Source: the human T2T-CHM13v2.0 reference genome, Homo sapiens
Assembly: GCF_009914755.1 (NCBI RefSeq)
Contig: NC_060946.1
Reading direction: 5' to 3' (one strand)
DNA length: 64,000 bases
Under the pieces are notes generated by a model. The model was not told where the DNA came from. It was given only the letters and a program-made list of their open reading frames with translations, and made no database searches. Shown one piece after another: positions 50,003 to 62,800 of the stretch; position 1 is the stretch's first letter, and each line of letters opens with the position of its first letter. The position numbers and the translations under genes are program-made.

Positions 50003-50645
50003 CTGGGGCCTGGTCAGTGGACCATGGTCAGAAATGACCTGGTCATCAGGACCTAGTCATTTGGGACCTGATCAGCAGGGGCCTGGTTAGTGGCGGCCTC
50101 CTCAGTAAAGGCCTCATCAGTGGGGACCTGGTGACCTAGTCATTGGAAGCCTGGTCAGTGGGGGGACCTAGTCAGTGGTGGCTTTATTAGTGGGGCCTGA
50201 TCTGTTGGAACATAAACAATGAAAAACAGGTTGGTGGGGCATACACAATATATCACGGGCCTGGTCAGTGTGGGGCCTTACTGGCTTGGAGCCTGGTCAG
50301 TGATTGCCTGGTCAGAGGGGGCTCGGTCAGCTGGGTACTCCTTCATGGAGAATTGTTCAGTGGGGGGTCGGGTGAGCAGCAACCTGGTAAATTGTGGTCT
50401 TGTCAGTGGGAACCCGGTCTTGTCAATGGGGACCAGGTCAGTGGAAAACTGGTCAGTGGGGTCTGGCCCATGAGGCCTATTAAGTGTGGGCCTGGTTAGG
50501 AAGACATGGTCAGTGGGGACTTGATCAGTGGGACCTGGTCAATGGAGGAGTGTTCATTAGGGGCCTCATCACTCATCACTGGGAACCTGGTCAGGGGCAG
50601 TTGGTCAGTACCTGGCCTGTTGGCCACTATGTGACCTCAGGCAGG
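50003..50645. repeat. Degenerate G-rich minisatellite, core ~ggcctggtcagtggg
   Basis: Many (c)ctggtcagtgg variants at short spacing. Confidence 0.85.
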
Positions 50646-50983
50646 GGGGTTGTCTGTGGAGCCTCCTTGCCTCCATCTGCAGGGAAAGTGAGTCAGGGCA
50701 CCCTGGAGGGTGGCTGGAAAGAGAAGGTGAGAAGATGTGTTGAATCCAATACTGCTTGGCAGACCTACAACTTTACAAATGACCTGTGTTCCACCTAGAG
50801 AGGGTGCCAGCCCTCTCAGCATTATGAAGTGCCCCTCCTCTGTCTGCATCCCCAGGACCACCATGGGTGGGGAGGGCAGAGATTGGGGAGCACCTATAGA
50901 GGCTCTAATGCTCTAAGGTGACAGTGATGAGGACCTGGGTGCACCCATGAGTGGAGAAGCTAGGCCTGTCCAGAGAAGCAAGA

Positions 50984-50986
<3 letters not shown>

Positions 50987-51031
<45 letters not shown>
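50987..51031. repeat. (CA)n microsatellite
   Basis: Directly visible. Confidence 0.97.
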
Positions 51032-51033
<2 letters not shown>

Positions 51034-52517
51034 CACACATGCATACTCAAATACATTGCATACACACATGTCAGTTCAGGGGATAGAGGACACTGACTCT
51101 GGGCCCTGTTGACCCAAGCAGACTCCCATGGTGGTGGGTTGTGTCACCCCACAATGTCACTGTTGCTGAGTTCCCATCGCCTCTGTGTTGTGGAGCAGTT
51201 AGAGACACACAGCAGTGTCTGTGAGTAGCTCTGCGTGAAGGACCATTTTCTAGATGAGAGGCACATCTCAACACAGCTCACTGATCAGATTCAGGTGAGT
51301 GGGACCTGCTCTTTTCTCTTCCTCCTGGCTTGGGAAAAGTCACTATCAGGTGGGTGGTTTTGGCCTCTGGGCAGCTACTGAGGGTAATCCCTGAACACTC
51401 ACCAGCTGCCTGTTATGTGCTGACAGTCATCTCATTCATCCTCGCAGCAATTCCATTTTGCATCTTTTCTGATCACCTCCGTGACCACACAGGACAACCC
51501 CATCAGGGCCCTGTCACCAGGCCCAGTCTAGCTCCAAGATAACCAAGACAGAGGTCCAGAGACAATCGTCCTACATTGTGCCTGCATCTGACCCCCCTTG
51601 GTAGGTAGTGACCAGCACAACATGGAAGAAGCCAGGGCAGCATGCAGCCAGCTGCTCTGCAGCCCCAAATGGCTCCTGGGACTTGGGAAGTCATTCATAA
51701 AGGGGAAGCTGGTCACTTTGAGGTCCCTGAAGGGAAGGGTGAACGTGTATCCCAACAGCCCTGGCAGCCAGCAGCATGCCATACATCTTCTCACCCAACC
51801 TGTGTGACAGAGGTCCCGTCCTGGGGCACAAGTCCCATACCTAAAGCATCCTGTCCCAGTCGGACCTCATCCTGAGCCCTGGGAGGGGAGGGGCACCATG
51901 GGCCCCCCTGCAGCAGCCAGGATTACCACCCAGGGGACTCGGCCTTCTGTGGCCCTGGCCAGACTTAGAATTTGGCCCAAGACAAACTTACTTGGAGCAG
52001 CTTCTCAGTACCTGGGGCCTGTGCATGCCAGGCAAGGCCAAGCTGGCTCAAAGAGCAACCAGCCACCTCTGCAAGCGTGTGCCAGGAGCAGGTGGAGCAG
52101 TCACCAACCTCACCCACTCAAGGAAACAGGGATGGCCAGTTTCCCACAGTCTGAGTGACCACCACCTGACAGCTGATGGAGTGGAGGCCTGAGGAAAAGC
52201 AGATGGCACTGGGGCTCCACCTCCAGGGCAGAATAACTGATTTACCCTGACTGGCAGGGAGTGACCTTAGTGGCTGCTCCACTGGCTCCTGGCACACCCT
52301 TGCAGAGGTGGGTGGTTGCTCTTTGAGCCAGCTTGGCTTTGCCTGGCATGCACAGGCCTCAGTGCAACAAATGTGCTGCAAATGGAGCCACATAGAGGAA
52401 ATGAGCAGCAGGCTCAGAACTGGGGTGTGTGCCGCCTTTGGGGCTCCAGTCCAAGCATCGGGGCTTCTACAGCACTGTGGGCTTCTCAGGTGCCAAGAGG
52501 CAGACCACAGGCCATCT

Positions 52518-52686
52518 TGAGGAGGACTCTGGTAAGAGCTTCCTTGTGTATGTGGATGATGTCCAGAATGTTGGCCTGGTGTCCCTGAGACAGCACTAAC
52601 AGGTCCATGACTGGGTCCAGATCCTGCCTGGGTTGATGGGCAAAGAGCTCACTGACAGTGTGGAAGGCATCTATGGCGAAGTGGAT
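52518..52686 (-). pseudogene. SNX18P: Inverted duplicate of an SNX18 BAR segment
   Basis: Reverse complement of ~53078-53245; the ORF track shows [16 protein letters not shown] on both strands. Confidence 0.88.
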
Positions 52687-52691
52687 CTATG

Positions 52692-53815
52692 TTCAAGTGC
52701 AGAAAGAGCCCAATCTTGTAGATGAACCACACAGCCAGCTTCTGGATGCAGGTGCAGTGCCACATTTTTTGTCACTTCCTGATGTGCCCCACCAGCACTG
52801 AAGAGATAGCCTGGAGACAGGGCAAGAGGAAGGCTGAGAAAGATGAGATGGTGAGTGCCAGATTCTTCCTGGCCCTGAGCCCACCCCCAGTGTGACACTC
52901 AACTTTTAGGAGTGGGAGAGCAAGACTGATGGCTTCAAGTGCTTCACCAAGAAGATGGACAACAGGGCACTCAGCTCAACTTCACAGCCAATGAGTGGTG
53001 GCAGGCTTTGAGAAAGAGCATCAGAAGCCTGACAGTTCTTCTTCAGCCTCAGCCAGGCCTTGGAGCTGGACCAGGCCATCCACTTCAGTATAGATGCCTT
53101 CCACTCTGTCAGTGAGCTCTTTGCCAGTCAGTCCAGGAAGGACCTGGACCCAGCCATGGACCTGTTAGTGCTGTCTCAGGGACACCAGACCAACATCCTG
53201 GACATCATCCACATACACAAGGAAGCTCTTACCAAAGTCATGGAGAGCAGGCAACATGTGGCCGAAGGGAAGACAGAGGTGCAGAGGCTGATGACGTCAG
53301 AATCACAGGAACAGGATTTCTTTGGCCACTTTGGCTGAAATTCACCACTTCCATCCAATTCCAGTGAGAGACATGGACTCACAGATGCAGGATTTCTTGC
53401 AACAAGAGATACTACTTTTTCAAAAAGTCACCCAGGAATTGATAGTGTTGAACGACTCGATACTCGATCGTGGACGGTTTCCAGTTCAAGGATACTTTCT
53501 ACAGCAGAATAATAACACTAGCAAAGAGCTAGTACAAGGATGGTTTTGTGCTCAACTGAAATCCAGCTGAATATAGAATTGTATAGGAAACAGTTAATAT
53601 GGTGATAGAATAGAAACAGTAGCAATCGTGAACTAAATCATACTATGAAAGCCTAAACTACTGCTGTAACTTTTGGAAAAATGATACCACTTTATTGCTT
53701 TTTGAAGTATGAATATTTTAGTGTATATGCTCTAGACTTCAAACTCTATAAAGATTCTCAAAGAAGTTGGCTGGATAAAGCCTACTGTGGATGTCTTTAT
53801 ATTCAAAGATTGATG
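52692..53815 (+). pseudogene. SNX18P: Processed SNX18 pseudogene fragment (end of PX domain, BAR domain, probable 3' UTR)
   Basis: Translates to [86 protein letters not shown] and [37 protein letters not shown], matching recalled SNX18. It runs through the parental splice junction with no intron and is frameshifted. Confidence 0.9.
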
Positions 53816-56800
53816 ATGCAATTTGAATATGTGTCCCCACGGAATCTCATGTTGAATTATATTTCCTAATGTGGAAGGTGGATCCTGGTATAAGGTGATT
53901 GAATTATGAAGGCAAATTTCTCATGAATGGTTCAGCACCATCCCCTTGTACCATCCTCACAATAATGAGTGACTTCTCATGAGATGTAGTCACTGAAATC
54001 TCTATATCACCTCCCCACTCTCTGTGTTTTCCCCTTGCCATGTGAGACAATTGATTCTTTCTTTGCCTTCCATGATTATTGAAAGATTTCTGAGGCCTAG
54101 AAGCAGAAGCACTGTGCTTAGAACCATGAGCCAATTAAACCTCTTTTTCAAAATAAATCATACAGAAAATGGCAAATGAGGACTGGAGCGTTGCTATAAA
54201 GATACCTGGAAATGTGGAAGCAGCTTTGGAACCAGGTAATGGATGGAGGTTGGAAGAGTTTGGAGGGCTCAAAAGAAGACAGATGAGAAAACTTTTGGAC
54301 CATCTTAGAGTCTGGTTCAATGGTTGTGACAAAAATCCTGACAGAAACATGGACAGTGAAGGCCAGGCTGAGGAGGTCTCAGAGAGAAATAAGAAGCTTT
54401 CTGGAAAATGTCTTCCTTTTGGATATGGAAAGCTTACACAATGCCTGCTTTTTATTTCAGAGACTCATAGGCAAAAGAGACTGTAGCCTTGACCCATATG
54501 AGACTTTGGACTTTGTAACTTTGAGTTAATGCTGAAATGAGTTAAGACTTTGGGAGACTGCTGGCAAGGCATGTTTGTATTTTGCAATGTGAGGACATGA
54601 GATTCATCGGGTCAAGGACAGAATAATACGGTTTTTGTCTATGTCCCTACCAAAACTCATGTGGAATTATATTTTGGAATGTTACAGGCAAGGTCTAGGT
54701 GGAAAAAGATTTAGTCATAAAATGGTGCAGGTAGATACTTCACGAATGATAAAGAACCATCACCTTGATGCTATCCTCCTGATAATGAGTGAGTTCCCAT
54801 GAGATCTTGTTGTTTAACAGATCTCATCCTCCTGCTCCTGCTTTAGGAGACATCTCATTGTCCCTTGGCTTTCTGATATAATGAGGAGGCTTCCTGATTC
54901 CTCCCAGAAACAGAAGACACTATACTTCCTTCACAGCTTGCAGAACCATGAGTCAATTACACCTCTTTTATTTACAATAATACAGAAAAGTAGAACTGCA
55001 GAGAGGAGCTGTGAAATGCCTTCAAGGCCTTTTTCCCTTTGTTTTGGCTATTAGCACAGGGCTTCTTTATATGCAAATTTCTGAAATCTTCTTGAATGTT
55101 TCCCCTTAAATGGGATTTTTCTTATTGCTACATAGACAACCTGCTATACAGATTTCTGAAAAAGTAGAAGCAGGCTCAGTAGTGGGTAGCAATCAAAGAT
55201 TGGAAGGGTTTGGAGGGATTAGTTTATGAGAGGGAGTGGGAGGGAGTGATTTAATCATGGATGGGTGGGGGTGGATGTGGAAGGGAAAAAGGGGTGGGTA
55301 GGGTGGGAGGGAGTAGACTGGCTGTACGGTGGTGGGAGGGTGGTGGGTAGTAGGAAGGGGTAGTAGCCTGCTGCAGAGGCAGAGTCTCATGGAAAATCCC
55401 TACTAGGGAAGCGCAGCTGTGGCTTTGCAGGTTTGAGCCCCAATGGCTGCTCTCATAGACTGGACTAGTGTTGAGTGCCTGTAGCTTTTCCACATGGAGG
55501 GTGCAAGCTGTTGGTGGGTCTATGTATCTGGGGTCTGGAGGGTGGTGGCCCCCTGCATGGGGGCTCCAAGTCCATATTTTCCTTCTGCACTGCCCTAATA
55601 GAGGTTTCCCAAGAACGCTTCATCTGCAGCAGGCTTCTGCCTGGAAACAGTGGGAGGTGGGGGTGGGAGACAGATCCTTCACCAATGGTTAGGCAACATC
55701 TTCTTGATGCTGTCTTCATGATAGTGTGTTCTCATGAGATCTGGTTATATAACAGGGGGTGGCACCTCTTTCCTCTCTCAGTCTTTCTTCTACCCCTGCC
55801 ATTTGAAACATCTCATTGCCCCTTGGCCTTCTGGTATGATTGGAAGGCTTCCTGATCTGATCCTCCCAGAAGCAGAAGCCACTGTGCTTCCTTTACAGCC
55901 TGCTGGACCGTGAGCCAATTAAACCTCTTTTCTTTATGATCATGCAGAAAATTAGTACTATGAAGTGGAGCCATGAAATGCCTTCAAGGCCCTTTCCCCT
56001 TTGTCTTGGCAACCAGCACTCAGCTTCTTTTCATGCAAATATCTGAATCCTTCATGAACTTTCCCCCTGAAAATGGACTTTTCTGTTTTACCACATTGCC
56101 AGGCTGTGATAAAGATAGCTGACAATGTAGAACCAGGTTCAGAAGTGGGTAAAAGACAGAGGTCAGAAGAGTTGGAAAAACTTAGAAGACAGCAAGATGA
56201 GGAAAATATTGGACCACTATAGAGAATTGTTAAATACTTGTGATAGGAAGGCTGACAAAAGTGTAAACACTGAAGTCCAGACCTAAAAGTTCTCAGATGA
56301 AAATGAGGAATTTCCTATGAACAAGAGACAAGATTACATTTGATTGGCCTTAGCAAAGAAGCTGGCTGCATGGGGACCCTGCCCTGGAGATCTGTGAAAC
56401 TATGAACTTGGGGGTGATGATTTAGGATGTATCTGGTGAAATGAACATCTAGGCAGCATAGCACAAGAGGTGTCCTGCCTACATTGAACAGCTTGTGTTC
56501 TTATGGGTGACCTAAGAAGTGACTTCAAGTTGGAACTTCAAGTGGAGATCTAAAGTTTGGAAAATGTGGAGCCTGGCTAAGTGGTCAAAAAGAAAAGCCG
56601 ATTTTGAGAGGGAAAATTCAAGAAGGCTTAGGGTATTTGTATAAAAAGGAACCCAGTGCAAAAAGCCAAGACAGTGGGAAACCGGCCTTGAAAGCATTTT
56701 AGAGATGTCTGCAGCAGCCCTTGCTGTCACAGGCCCTGGGGCCTAGGAGAAAAGTATGGTTTCCTAGGCCACTCCCATGGCTCTGCTGCTGTGCTCAACC

Positions 56801-59800
56801 GCAGGACACTGCTGCCAGCATCCGTGCAGCTCCAGCACCAGCCATGGCTGAAAGATGCACAGGTAAACTTGGGTCATTGCTTCAGAGGTGGCTCAAAGTC
56901 TTGATGGTTTCCATATAGTGTTAAGCCAGTAGGTGCACAGAGAAAGAGATTAGAGGCTTGGGAACTCCCGTCTAGACTCCAGAAGATGTACAGAAAATCC
57001 TGGATGTTCAGGAAGAAGCTTTTCCAAGAGGCAGAGCTTCATGGGGAACCTCTACTAGAGGAGCAAAGAAGGGACCTATAGGGTTGAAGCCCCCACACAG
57101 GGAGGCATCATTCTCTAAACCCCAGATTCATAGACCCATAAACAGCTTGCACCCTCAGTGTGGAAAAGCTATGGGCACTCAACAACAGCCCTGTCCATGA
57201 GAGACAGCCGCAGAGGCTGAACGCTGCAAAGCCACAGGTGCAGATCTGCCCAAGGCCTTGGGAGCTCAGCCCTCACAGCCCTGTGCCATGGATATGGGAC
57301 AAGGATTCAAAAATGGTGATTTTGGAGCTGTAGCATTAAGTGACTGGCCTGCTGGGTTTTGGACACTTATGTATCCTATGAGTCACCCACTGCCTGTACA
57401 ATCATTGTACCTTGGAAGTAGTAAACTTGCTTTATAATTCACTGGCTCATGGGCAGGAGGGACTGTAGACTTGTCTCAGATAAGACTCTGGGCTTTGTGC
57501 ATTTGAGTAAATGCTGGAATGAGTTAAGATTTGAGAGATCCTAGGGAAGGCATCATTACATTTTGCAATGTGAGAAAGACATGAACTTTGGGGGACCAGA
57601 GACAGAATAATAGGTTTTGGCTCTCTGTTTCTACCAAAGCTCATGTGGAATGTTAATGCAAAATGTTAAAGGTGGGGGCTGATGGAAGGTGATTTAATCA
57701 TGGTGGAGAGTGGAGGTTGGATGGTTGGGGGCACCGGGAGGGTGGGGGGGATTCTGGGGTGGAGAGGGTTGGAGGGAATCGGGGGTGGGGAGGGTTGGAG
57801 GAGATTGTGGTGGGGTTGGGGGTGAAAGGCAGGGGTGGGGGTGGATCCTTCACAAATGGTTAAACACCATCTCCTTAATGCTGTCCTTGAGCTGTGAGAT
57901 TGAATGAACACTGACGTACTGGATTTTGGATGTCCATTGGGCCTGTGGTCCCATTTGTGTTATTTTTCTTGGAAATTTCTTCCCTTTGGATTGAGAAAGT
58001 TTACCCAGTACCTATACCATCATTGTACCTTGAAAGAAACAAACACCCTTTTAACTTCAGGGACTCATAGGCAGAAGAGACTGTAGCCTTGTCTCAGATG
58101 AGACTTAGAATTTTTTACATTTGAGTTAATGCAGGAAGGAGTTAAGCCTTTTGGAAACCTTTGAAAAGGCATGATTGTATTTTATTCTGTGAAAAGGATA
58201 TGATATTTGGGGGGTCAAGGTCAGCATAATATGATTTGGCTGTGTGCCCCTGGAAAAACTCATGTGGAATTGTAATCCCAAATTTTGGAGATGGGGCCTG
58301 GTGGGAGATTATTTAATCATGGATGGGAGGGGTAGGGGTGGAAGAAAAAAGGGGTGGGTAGGGTGGGGAAGAATAGGCTGGCTGTAGGGCGGTGGGAGGG
58401 TGATGGATAGTAGGAAGGGGGAGTAGCCTGCTGCAGGGGCCGAGGCTCATGGAAAACTTCTACCAGGGCAGTGCACCTGTGGCTTTGCAGGCTTTAGCCC
58501 CCATGGCTGCTCTCATGGGCTGGGCTGGTGTTGAGAGCCTATCACTTTTCCATACTGAGGGTGTGAACTGTTGGTAGGTCTATGAATCTGGGGTCTCGAG
58601 GATGGTGGCCTCCTGCATAGTCAGTCAAAGCCCTTATTTTCCTTCTGCACTGCCATAGTACAGGATTCCCAAGAGCCTCTGCCTCTGCAGCAGGCTTCTG
58701 TCTGGAACACTAGGAGGTGGAGCTGTGTTGGGGGGCGGATCCTTCACCAATGGTTAAGCACCATCTTCTTGATGCTGACCAAGTGATAGTGAGTTCTCAT
58801 GAGATCTGGTTATATAACGATGTGGCACCTCTTTCCTCTCTCAGCCTTGCTCCTACTCCTGCCGTATGAAATATTTCATTGTTGTTTTCCTATTGGTATG
58901 ATTGGGAGTCTTCCTGAGTCCTCCCAGAAGCAAAAGCCACTATGCTTTCTTTACAGCCTGCAGAACCATGAGCCAATTAAACCCCTTTTCATTATGATCA
59001 TACAGAAAATAAAGTACTGCGAAGTGGAGCTATGAAATATCTTCAATGACATTTCCCCATCGTCTTGGCTATTAGCACTGGACTTCTTTTTAATGCAAAT
59101 ATCTGAAGCCTTTTTGAAGTTTCCCCCTGAAAATGTACTTCTTTTTCTTCTACATTGTCAGGCTGCAACAAAGATAGCTGAAAATGTAAAGCAGGTTCAG
59201 AAGTGGGTAACAGCCAGAGGTTGGAGAGTTTGGAGAGCTTGAAAGAAGACAGGAAGATGAAAGAAATTTTGGACCATCGTAGGCATTTGTTGAATAGTTG
59301 TGATTAAAAGGCTGGCAGAAGGATGGACAGTGAAGGCCAGGCTTACAAGGTCTCAGATGAAAATGAGGAAATTACTGGGAACAGGAGCCAAGGTTACTTT
59401 TGTTTTGCTGTAGCAAAGAACATGGCTGCAGGGCGACCTTGCCCTCGAGATCTGTGAAACTTTAAACTTGAGGATGATGATTTAGTGCAAATCTGGTGGA
59501 ATGAACTTCTAGGCAGCATAGCACAAGGGGGATCCTGTCTGCATCAACCAGCCCGTGTTCTTGTGTGACCGAGGTTATGTGTGTCTGAGGAAATGACCTC
59601 AAGTTGGAACTTATATTTAAATGACAAGCAGAGCTGAAAAGTTTAGAACCATTTGCAGCCTGGCCAAGTGGTCAAAAAGAAAAGCTGATTTTCAGGGGGA
59701 AAATTCATGAAGGCTCCAGAAATTTGCAGAAAATGGAGGCCAGTGCTAATAGCCAAGACAATGGGGGGAAAAAGCCTTGGAGGCATTTCAGAGATGGTTG

Positions 59801-62800
59801 CAGCAGCCCTTGGTGTCACAGACCCTGGGGCCTAGGAGAGAAGAATGGTTTCCGGGGCCAGCCCCATGGCCCTGCTGCTGTGTGCAGCCTCAGGACACTG
59901 CTGCCTGCATCCCAGAAGCCCAGCTCCTGCTCCGACCTTGGCTGAAAGATACACAGCTACAGATTGCATCACTGCTTCAGAGGGTACAAGCTATAAGGCT
60001 TCATGGCTTCCACATAGTGTTAAGCCAGCGAGTCCATAGAGCACTAGCCCAGAGGCTTTGGAGCCCTCATATAGATTTTGGAAGATGTACGAAAATGCTT
60101 GGGTGTCCAGACAGAAGGCTGCCAAAAAGCAGAGCCTCTTGGGAAACCTCTACTAGGGCAGTGCAGAAGGAAAATATGGGGTTGGAGCCCCCACACCGGA
60201 GGCCACCATCATGCAGACCCCAGACTCATAGACCCACCAAGAGCTTTGTACCCTCTGTGGGTGAAAACTACAGGCACTCAACACCAGCACAGCCCATGAG
60301 GGCAGCTGTGGGGACTGAAAACTGCAAAGCCACAGGTGCAGACCTGCCCAAGGCCTTGGGAGCCCAGCCCTCATGCCCTTGTGCCCTGGATGTGGGGCAA
60401 GGATTAAAAAAGGATGACTTTGGAGCTGTAGGTTTTAATAACTGGCCTGCTGGGTTTTGGATTTTCATGGGACCTGTAAGTCCCATTTGTGTTTCATTGC
60501 TTCTCTGGCAAAAATCTTCCTTTAGGGTGGGAATTCTTACTCAATGCCTGGACAATCATACCTTGGAAGTAGTTAACTTGCTTTGTATTTCAGAGGCTCA
60601 GGAGCAGAAGGGACAGCATCTTTGTCTCAGATGACACTTTGGGCTTCAGACATTTAAGTAAATGCTGGAATGAGTTAAGACGTTGGGGGTTTTAGCCAAG
60701 ACGATGGGGAAAAGTCATTAAAGGCGTTTCATAGCTTCACTTCACAGTACTAATTTTCTGTATGATCATAACAAAAAGGGGTTTAATTGGCTCATCGTTC
60801 CACAGGCTATAAAAAAAAAAACATAGTGGCTTGGGGAATGGTAAGTAAGGCATCACTGTATTTTGCAAAGTGAGAAGGACATGAGATTTGGGGAGGCAGG
60901 GACAGAAGAATAAGATTCGGCTGTGTGTCCCTATGGAAACTCATGTGGAATTGTAATCAGAAATGTTAAAATTGGGGCCACGTGGAAGGTGATTTAATCA
61001 TGGAGGGCACTGGGTGTTGGAAGGTGGAGATTGGGGATGATGGGTGGATTATGCTGGGGGTGAGGGGTGAAAAGTGGGGGTGGGGGGATGATCCCTCACA
61101 AGTAGTTAAACACCATCTCCTTAATCCTTTCCTCATGATGGTGAGTTCTCGTGACGGTTTTGGAGCTGTGAGATTGAATGGATACTGGCCTCCTGGGTTT
61201 TGGACTTGCGTTGGCCCTGTGATCACATTTGTGTTATTTTCCTGGCAAACTTCTACCCTTTGGATTGAGAAAACTTACCCAATGCCTGTACCATCATTGT
61301 ACCTTGAAAGAAAAGAACTCACTTTTAAATTCAGGGACTTATAGGCAAAAGGGACTGTAGCCTTTTCTCAGGTGAGACGTGGAACTTTTTACATTCGAGT
61401 TAATGCTGAAATGACTTAAGACTTTTGGCAACTTTTGAAAAGGCATGATTGTATTTTACTCTGTGAGAAGGATATGATATTTGGGGGATCAGGGTCAGAA
61501 TAGTGTGATTTAGCTGCGTGTCCCTACCTAAACTCACATGTAATTGTAATCCTGAATGTTGCAGGTGGGGCCTGGTGGGAAGTGACTTATTCATGGATGG
61601 GAGAGGGGTGGGGTTGGAAGTAAAAACAGGTGGGTAAGGTGGGGAGGCGTAGGCTGGCTGTAGGGTGGTGTGTAGCAGGAGGGGAGTAGCCTGCCACAGA
61701 GGCAGAGGCTCATGGAAAACCTCTACTAAGGCAGTGCACCTGTGGCTTTGCAGGGTTTAGCACCTGCAGCTGCTCTCATGGGCTGGGCTGCTGTTGAGTG
61801 CCTGAAGCTTTTCCATACTGGGGGTGTGAGCTGTTGGTAGGTCCATGACTCTTGGGCTGGAGGATGGTGGCGTGGGGGCTCCAAGCCCATATTTTCCTTT
61901 TGCACTGCCCTAGTAGAGGTTTTCCAGGCGGATCTGTCTCTGCCTCAGGCTTTTGCTTGGAAACAGTGGGTAGTGGATATGGGGTGGTGGGCGGATCCTT
62001 CACCAACAGTTAAGCACCATCTTGATGCTGATCTTCTGATAGTGAGCTCTCATGAGATCTAGTGGTATAACTGGATATTGCACTTCTTTCCTCTCTCTGT
62101 CTTGCTTCTACTCCTGCCATATGAAACATTTCATTGCTGCTTGGCCTTCTGGTATAATTGGGAGGCTTCCTGAGTCCCCCTACAAGCAGAAACCACTATG
62201 CTTTCTTTACAGCCTGAAGAACTGTGAGTCAATTAGACCTCTTTTCTTTATGTAGATACAGAAAATTAATGCTGTGAAGTGAAGTTATGAAATGACTTCG
62301 AGGAATTTCCCCCATTCTCTTGGCTATTAGCACTGAGCTTTTTTCAGTGCAAATATTGGAGGCCATCTTGATGTTTCCGCCTGATAATGGACTTTTCTTC
62401 TTTTACCACATTGCCAGGCTGCAGCAAAGATAGCTGACAGTGTAGACGCAGGTTCCAAATTGGGTAGTGGCCAGAGGTTAGAGAGTTTGGAGAGCTTGGA
62501 AGAAGACAGGAAGATGAGGGAAAGTTTGGACCATTGCAGAGACTTATTAAATAGTTGTGAGTAAAAAGCTGACAGAAGGATGGACAGTGAAGACCAGCCT
62601 TGTAAGGTCTCAGATGAAAATGAGGAACTTACTGGGAAAAGGAGCCAAGGTTTTTTTGTTTTGACTTAGCAAAGTAATTGGCTACACAGTGACCCTTCCC
62701 GGGAGATCTGTGAAACTGAACTCGAGGGTGATAATTTAGGGTGTATTTGGTGGAATGAACTTCTAAGCAGCAAAGTTCAAGAGTTGTACTGCCTACATCG

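Noticed and set aside
59777-60634. 285-aa ORF
   Set aside because: Lies within MST-internal sequence, starts at TTG, and is not open in the sister tandem units; at most a MaLR internal ORF remnant.
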